Part shown: piece after piece, positions 56,451 through 64,000 of the stretch
Layout of the letters: each line of letters begins with the position of its first letter
Position numbering within the stretch: position 1 is the first letter of the stretch
The notes under the pieces: model-generated
Databases searched by the model: none
Seen by the model: only the letters and a program-made list of their open reading frames with translations
Told to the model about the DNA's origin: nothing
Assembly: GCA_963728465.1 (NCBI GenBank)
Contig: CAVSJY010000007.1
Span: 25,090 to 89,089 of the forward strand
Source: an uncultured Solirubrobacteraceae bacterium
GTDB lineage: Bacteria > Actinomycetota > Thermoleophilia > Solirubrobacterales > Solirubrobacteraceae
Reading direction: 5' to 3'
Length of the DNA: 64,000 bases
Program-made: the position numbers and the translations under genes

Positions 56451-59389
56451 GTGCTCCCCCATCGCGACTACGCGCGTGAGCGGATCGCCCAGGCGGCGGG
56501 GCGGGTCGGCGCGCGCGTCCACGCCGAGCGGGCCGCGGTCGAGGGCCTGGAGATCGCCGGGCCGGTCGGCCGCATCGGCCACGACGAGGCGCAGCGGCTG
56601 ACGTACCGGCCGGCCGAGATCGGCGAGCCGCTCGGGCCGCTGTTCGCCACCTACTGGCTGCGCGGGACCGCCGCGATTCCCGGCGGCTGGGCGGGCGCGC
56701 GGTCGATCTGCTGCTCGGCACGGGCGGCGAGGCGACGCTGTGGCTCGGACGGCCGGCCCGCGGCCGGGGCTGAACTCCGGCGCCGCGCCAGGTGCGGCCG
56801 GACGCGACGCTCGCTGGACCGCGCGGCGGGCGGCGAGCGCGTGCCGTTCGAGCTCGAGCTCGCGTGCAACGACCCGTTCGGCTTCGGCGAGGCCGGGCAG
56901 GGCGCGGCGGCCACGTTCGCGGCTGCGTGCGCTGCGAGGTCGCGCGCTTCGACGCGGAGGCGTGGGCGCTCTGGAACGACCTCGAGGTGCTGCGCCGCGC
57001 TCGAGCTCGACGCCGGGCGTCGAGCCGGCGTGGGCCGGGCCGCCTCCTGGCCGAGCTGCACGCGTTCACGCTCGACGGCGACCGCGCGCGGCTCGCGCGG
57101 CTGCTCGAGCGGCCGTCGGGCGAGCTGCACCGCATGTCGGCGATCGGGCACGCGCACCTCGACACGGCGTGGCTGTGGCCGCTCGAGGAGACGTGGCGCA
57201 AGCTCGTCCGCACGGTCACCGCGCAGCTGCGGCTGCTCGACGAGTATCCCGAGCATCGCTTCGCCCACTCGCAGGCGCAGCACTACGAGTGGCTGCGCGA
57301 GCGGGCGCCGGAGCTGTTCGCCCGCGTGCGGGAGGCGGTCGGGCGCGGGCAGTGGATCCCGGTCGGCGGGACGTGGGTGGAGCCCGACTGCAACCTCCCT
57401 CCGGCGAGTCGCTGGCGCGCCAGCTCCTCTACGGCCAGCGCTGGTTCGAGCAGCACCTCGGGCGGCCGCTGCACGGAGCTGTGGCAGCCCGACGTGTTCG
57501 GCTACACGGCGCAGCTGCCCGCAGCTGATGCGGCTCGCCGGCATCTCGCGGTTCCTCACGCAGAAGCTGTCGTGGAACCGCTTCACGTCGCCGGAGCACC
57601 ACACGTTCACCTGGCAGGGCCTCGACGGCAGCGAGGTGCTCACGCACTTCCCGCCCGCCGACACCTACAACGCGGAGGCGACCGATCCCCGAGATCCGGC
57701 GCGCCGGCGGCGAGCTACAAGGACCATCCGCGCTCGGGCGCGCTCGCTGCTCGTGTTCGGCCACGGCGACGGCGGCGGCGGGCCGACGCGCGGAGATGCT
57801 CGAGCGGCTGCGGCGGGTGCGCGACCTGGCGGGGATGCCGCGCGGCCGAGCTGCGCTCGCCGCGAGGCGTTCTTCGACGAGCTGCGAGGCGGGCGCGCGC
57901 GACCTGCGGACGGTCGTCGGCGAGCTGTACTTCGAGTACCACCGCGGGACGTACACGTCGCAGGCGGCGCTGAAGCGCGGCAACCGGCGCGGCGAGCGGC
58001 GCGCTGCACGACGCCGAGCTGCTCGACGCGCTCGCCGGCGACGGGTCGGCCCGCGACGGAGCTCGACCGGCTGTGGCGCGTGCTGCTGCTCAACCAGTTC
58101 CACGACATCCTGCCGGGGACGAGCATCACCGAGGTCAACGCGCGCGCCCGGGCCGACCTCGACGGCGTGATCGACGGCGCCGAGGCGGCCTGCGCGGGCG
58201 TTCTGGGCCGCCGGCGAGGTGCCGGTGAGCACGCGCGGGCCGGACGCGGACCGAGGTCGTCGCGGCGCCCGGCGGGCGCGCTCGCGATGGTCGTCCGTGC
58301 CGGGCTGCGGCGCCGGCCGGGTCGTGGAGGCGGCCGGACGAGGTCGTCGTGACGGAGCGCGGCGACGGCGCCGTGGTGCTCGCGAACGCGCACCTGCGCG
58401 CGGTCGTGGGCGGCGACGGCTCGCTGCTGAGCCTGGTGGCCGGCGACGGGCGCGAGGCGCTCGCCGCGCCCGGCAACCGGCTGGAGCTCTACGAGGACGA
58501 CCCGGTGCGCGTGGGAGGCGTGGGACGTCGACCCGGCGCACCTCGAGACGCGGCGCGACTGCCCGCCGGCGGCCGGCGTGGCCGAGTTGCGCTCCGAGCC
58601 CGCTGCGGGCCGAGGTCGTGTTCGAGCGGCAGGTCGGCGAGCGCTCGCGGGCGCGGCAGGCCGTGCGGCTGGACGCCGGCGCGCGGCGGCTCGAGTTCCA
58701 CACGGAGGTGGACTGGCAGGAGGACCGCCGGTTCCTGAAGGTCGCGTTCCCGCTCGCGGTGCGGGCGACCGAGGCGACCTACGAGGTGGCGTTCGGCGCC
58801 GTCCGGCGGCCCGACGCACTACTCCACGCGCGCCGACCTCGCCCGCTACGAGGTGCCCGGCCACCGCTGGGCGGACATGGGCGAGCACGGCTTCGGCGTG
58901 GCGCTGCTGAGCGACTCGACGTACGGCTGGAGCGCGTTCGGCGACACGCTGCGGCTGTCGCTCCTGCGCGCGCCGCGGCTGCCCGATCCCGAGGCCGACC
59001 GCGGCCGCCACGCGTTCGCCTACGCGGTCATGCCGCACGCCGGCGGCTGGGAGGACGCGGCGGTGGTGGCCGAGGCGGCGGCGTTCAACTCGCGCGTGCG
59101 CTGGGCGTCGGGCGCCGTGCCGGCCGGGCCGTGGGTGTCGGTCGAGGACGCGCCGGGACTCGTCCTCGACACCGTGAAGCGCGCGGAGGACGGCGACGCG
59201 CTGGTGCTGCGGCTCTACGAGGCGCACGGCGGCCGCGGCACCGCCCGCGTGCGCCTGCCGCGGCGGCCCGTCGCGTCCGCCGCGCGGGCGAGCCTGCTCG
59301 AGGAGCCGCTCGCGGACGCGCTGGTGGAGGACGGCGCGGTGGTCGTGCCGTTCCGGCCGTGGGAGATCGTCACACTGGTGGTCCGATGA
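56451..59389 (+). pseudogene. GH38 alpha-mannosidase, with at least 10 apparent frameshifts as sequenced
   Basis: The fragments are [122 protein letters not shown] and RFLKVAFPL. The last 178 aa are intact (ORF 58853..59389). Confidence 0.8.
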
Positions 59390-59718
59390 GCCGGCGGACG
59401 GACCTCGCGCGCGCGTCCTACGAGGCCTTTGCCTCGGGCGACCGGCAGGCCGTCGAGGAGCTGCTGTCCGACGACTTCGTCTTCTCCAGCCCCGCCGACG
59501 TGGGCATCGACCGCGAGCGCTACTTCGAGCGCTGCTGGCCGAACAGCGCCAACCTGCGCGCGTTCTCGTTCGAGCGGCTGCACGAGATCGGCGACGAGGT
59601 CGTCGTCACGTACGTCGCCGAGCGCGCTGACGGCAGCCGCTTCCGCAACACGGAGGTGCTCGGCTTCGACGGCGACAAGATCCGCTCGGCCGAGGTCTAC
59701 TTCGGCTGGGACCTGTGA
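59386..59718 (+). CDS. SnoaL-like / NTF2-fold protein
   Basis: 110 aa from MSRRTDLARASYEAFASGDRQAVEELLSDDFVF. The ATG overlaps the mannosidase stop (ATGA). Confidence 0.7.
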   Translation: MSRRTDLARASYEAFASGDRQAVEELLSDDFVFSSPADVGIDRERYFERCWPNSANLRAFSFERLHEIGDEVVVTYVAERADGSRFRNTEVLGFDGDKIRSAEVYFGWDL

Positions 59719-60356
59719 GGGAGCTGCTGCTCGCCGTCGACGCGCTCGAAGACGTCGTCTACAGGGCGCGCCAAGTGCCGCTCACCGACTCGGTGCGCGT
59801 CGGCAGGGACGTGCTGGACGCGGCGGTGGCGCGGGTCCAGGCCGCCGCCGCGGCGGAGGTCGGGCTGGTGCCCGGGCCCGAGTTGCGGGCGGCGATCGAG
59901 GAGCTCGAGACGGTGAGGAAGTCGGCGCGAGCGATCCCGCTGACATCGACGGTGGCGGTGCCGAAGCGCCGGGTGCACGACGCGCTCGACCGCATCCGCC
60001 TGTCGCTGCCGCCCGGCGCTGCCGGCGACGCGTCCCGCTGGGAGCCGCTGGTGGCGGCGATCGACGAGCTCGACGAGCGCCTGCGCGGCGCGCGGGTGGT
60101 CCCGCTCACGCCCCAGGTCCGGCTCGAGGGACCGGAGCTGCGCGAGGCGATCTCGTTCGTGCGCTCCCGCGCCGGCGAGCTGTTCGCCGCCGACACGCCG
60201 GGCGCCGCCCCGGTCTCGGCGGTGATCGGCGAGCTGGAGCGGCTGGTGGACGCCGGCACGCCGGTCCCGCTCACGAGTCAGATCCGCGTCGAGCCGCAGC
60301 CCTTCCACCGCCAGCTCGACCGCCTCCGGGCGATCGTGCGGGCGGCCGCCGCCTAG
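59715..60356 (+). CDS. hypothetical helical protein made of four ~48-aa tandem repeats, each with a [VI]PLT motif
   Basis: The intact 213-aa ORF has repeats centred on ARQVPLTDSVRV, ARAIPLTSTVAV, ARVVPLTPQVRL and GTPVPLTSQIRV. Each is preceded by an acidic helix (L.ELE/LDE). Confidence 0.7.
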   Translation: MRELLLAVDALEDVVYRARQVPLTDSVRVGRDVLDAAVARVQAAAAAEVGLVPGPELRAAIEELETVRKSARAIPLTSTVAVPKRRVHDALDRIRLSLPPGAAGDASRWEPLVAAIDELDERLRGARVVPLTPQVRLEGPELREAISFVRSRAGELFAADTPGAAPVSAVIGELERLVDAGTPVPLTSQIRVEPQPFHRQLDRLRAIVRAAAA

Positions 60357-61270
60357 AGGCAGCTCCCGCGCAGCTGCCAACGGCGCAGCGCCCAGTAGGC
60401 CGGGCGCACGCGGCCGCGGGGGCCGAGCAGCGCCGAGTCCCAGTTCGTCACCCGCGCCGGCGCCTGCCAGTGGTAGAGGTAGATGCGGCGGATGCGGCGG
60501 CTCAGGCAGGAGAGCCGGAGCACGTGGCGGGTCGCCTCGGCGGCGTGCTTGAGGGAGTAGCGGTAGGTGTTGAGCACGCGAGCGCCGCGGTACCGGCGCC
60601 TGAGCACGACGCCGCCGGTCTCGGTGAACCAGATCCGGCCGCGGGTGATGGCGAGCAGGGTGCGGGTGCCGCTCGTGGTGAGGCCGTTGGCGTCGCCGTA
60701 GTTGTGCAGGCCCCAGATCCGCGGGCGGTGGCGGGCGGCGCGCTGGAACCGCCGGACCCAGGCGGCCATGTTGGGGACGTCGAGGACGTCCGCCGCCACG
60801 ATCTGGCAGCCGTCGCAGTGGTTGGCGACGACGTCGAAGAACTGCGCGGCACGTCCCGGCCGCTTCCAGGTCAGCGCGCCCGGGTGGTTCGCCTCGCTCC
60901 AGGCGATGAACGCGCGGACGTCCGGGTAGCGCGCGCGGATGCGCCGGAACTCGCGCCGGAACCGCCGCCGCGTGGGCAGCGTCCGCGCGAGCCGCTCCGA
61001 GCGCAGCGAGTGCGCGAAGCCGAGCAGGACGTGCGCCCGGTGGCGGCGGGCGGCCGCCATCCAGGTGTCCAGCCGCTCGAGCGCGACGGGATCGTGCAGC
61101 GTGTCCCACGGCGTGATGTAGCGGACGTGCCGCAGACCGAGGCGCGCGAACCGCTGGTCGCCGAACATCCCGGGCTTCTGCTCGCCGATGCCCAGGATCG
61201 GCTTCGCCTCGGCCGCGCGCACCGGCGCCGCGAGCAGCAGCACCGGCGCGCACAACGCCACCAACAGCAT
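60353..61270 (-). CDS. secreted TIM-barrel glycoside-hydrolase-like protein (clan GH-A pattern)
   Basis: 305 aa from MLLVALCAPVLLLAAPVRA (signal peptide). The candidate acid/base residue is in AWSEANH and the nucleophile in WFTETGG. The N-terminal part of ORF 60353..61801 is shadow sequence. Confidence 0.6.
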   Translation of the reverse strand: MLLVALCAPVLLLAAPVRAAEAKPILGIGEQKPGMFGDQRFARLGLRHVRYITPWDTLHDPVALERLDTWMAAARRHRAHVLLGFAHSLRSERLARTLPTRRRFRREFRRIRARYPDVRAFIAWSEANHPGALTWKRPGRAAQFFDVVANHCDGCQIVAADVLDVPNMAAWVRRFQRAARHRPRIWGLHNYGDANGLTTSGTRTLLAITRGRIWFTETGGVVLRRRYRGARVLNTYRYSLKHAAEATRHVLRLSCLSRRIRRIYLYHWQAPARVTNWDSALLGPRGRVRPAYWALRRWQLRGSCL

Positions 61271-61412
61271 CCTTGCCCCGGCGATCCTCGCCACGGGGGT
61301 CAGAACGGCCCGGATCGCTGAGAGTTCCGCGCGAGCGCTCCGCCGACGTTCGCCAGAGCAACTCCCCCGGCTTGACCTTGACCGCCGGGCAGACGAGCGG
61401 CAGGCTCGGCGC

Positions 61413-62206
61413 ATGGGCGACGCGCCGGGAGCGGCGACGTTCCGGACCCCGGCCGAGGCGTACGACCGCCACATCGGCCGGTACGGCGCGCCGCTGGCGC
61501 GGGCGCTGATCGGCGCCGCCGGGCTCGAGGCGGGCGCGAGCGCGGTCGACGTCGGCTGCGGGCCCGGGGCGCTGACGCGGGAGCTGGCCGCCGTCCTCGG
61601 AGCCGAGAAGGTGGCGGCGGTGGACCCCTCGCCGCCGTTCGTGGAGGCATGCGCCCAGCGGGTGCCGGGCGCGCGGGTGGAGCGGGCCTCGGCCGAGGCG
61701 CTGCCGTTCGGCGACGACGCGTTCGACCACGCGTTCGCGCAGCTCGTCGTGAACTTCATGACCGACGCGCTCGCCGGCGTCAGGGAGATGCGGCGTGTCA
61801 CGCGGCCCGGCGGCGTCGTGGCCGCCGCCGTGTGGGACTACGCCGGCGAGATGACGATCCTGCGCCGGTTCTGGGACGCGGCCGTCGCGCTCGACCCGGC
61901 CGCCGACGCGCTCGACGAGCGGCACATGCCCTACGCCACGCCGCGAGGAGCTCGGCGAGCTGTGGCGCGCCGCCGGCCTCGGCGGCGTCGAGGTCGGGCC
62001 GGTCGTCGTGAGCGCCGCGTACGACGGCTTCGAGGACCTGTGGAGCCCGCTGGAGCGCGGCGTCGCGCCCTCCGGCGCGTACGTGGGCTCCCTCCAAGAC
62101 GACCGCCGCGCGCGCGCTCAAGGACGAGCTGAAACAGCGTCTCGGGGCCGGCGACGAGCCGTTCGAGCTCACGGCGCGCGCCTGGGTCGCCACCGGCCGC
62201 GCCTAG
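61413..62206 (+). CDS. class I SAM-dependent methyltransferase, with 2 apparent frameshifts (near 61945 and 62105)
   Basis: VDVGCGPGALTRELA, FDHAFAQLVVNFM and VTRPGGVVAAAVWD are in one frame. The continuation ELGELWRAAGLGGVEV.VVVSAAYDGFEDLWSPL... and ALKDELKQRLGAGDEPFELTARAWVATGRA are in others. The stop is TAG 62204..62206. Confidence 0.75.
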
Positions 62207-62240
62207 GGAACCCGCTCGAGACGAGCGGTGTAACCGCGGC

Positions 62241-63736
<1,496 letters not shown>

Positions 63737-63745
63737 GGGCGCCGG

Positions 63746-64000
63746 TCAGGCGTCGGGCCAGGGCGCGTCGGTGGTGACGCCGTCCCCGCCCTCGGGCTTC
63801 GGGCCGCCGATGGCGATCAGCTCGAGCCCGTCGGGCCCGGCCTCGAACGCCCGCACGACCTCCGGCGCGACGCGCACCACGTCCCACTGGCGCACGTCGC
63901 GCACCTCGTCGTCGAGCCGCACGCGGCCGGAGCCCGCCACGACCACGTACGCCTCCTCCTGCTCGCGATGGCTGTGGCCGACCGGATTGCGCGTGCCCGG
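63746..64000 (-). CDS. cupin-domain protein, N-terminus outside the window
   Basis: The reverse-strand translation is open from the window edge: GTRNPVGHSHREQEEAYVVVAGSGRVRLDDEV...IAIGGP. The stop is at 63746..63748. Confidence 0.6.
   Translation of the reverse strand, partial: PGTRNPVGHSHREQEEAYVVVAGSGRVRLDDEVRDVRQWDVVRVAPEVVRAFEAGPDGLELIAIGGPKPEGGDGVTTDAPWPDA

Overview
This is a very GC-rich, gene-dense chromosomal segment of actinobacterial type; no rRNA, tRNA, CRISPR array, transposase or integrase was recognised. About 60 protein genes are supportable.

**Left third (1-27 kb), mostly housekeeping:**
- murB and an HMG-CoA-lyase-like gene.
- A split coenzyme F420 biosynthesis cluster (npdG, cofD, cofC, cofE, fbiC).
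- An ECF sigma factor with an HxlR-type regulator.
- A PhoD-like phosphatase, ygfZ, a DnaQ-GIY-YIG nuclease, an HtrA protease, a DrrAB-like ABC exporter, corA and ccr.
- The conserved but uncharacterised operon of circularly permuted ATP-grasp, alpha-E and transglutaminase genes, and clpS.

**Middle (27-35 kb):**
- An MBL hydrolase.
- A decayed DUF559 (Vsr-fold) gene bracketed by 44-bp inverted repeats.
- Ethylmalonyl-CoA mutase, meaB, an FGGY kinase and a crotonase.

**The standout, a ~17 kb island (36.5-53.7 kb):** two divergent, translationally coupled operons made almost entirely of conflict or cell-death type modules.
- A STAND P-loop NTPase fused to a membrane CHASE2 sensor.
- A SIR2-like protein.
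- A periplasmic TolB-like propeller.
- A lipase-CHAT protease.
- A caspase(C14)-TPR-CHAT giant.
- A second caspase.
- A second lipase-like hydrolase.

I could not match this combination to any named defence system.

**Right end:** a LysE exporter, SnoaL and GNAT genes, a sugar-binding protein with a GH38 mannosidase, a 4x internal-repeat protein, and an AAC(2') homologue.

**Caveat:** as sequenced, at least 25 genes carry apparent frameshifts, often several each. Housekeeping genes are hit too, so assembly indel error is the likeliest cause. Many coordinates are therefore approximate.
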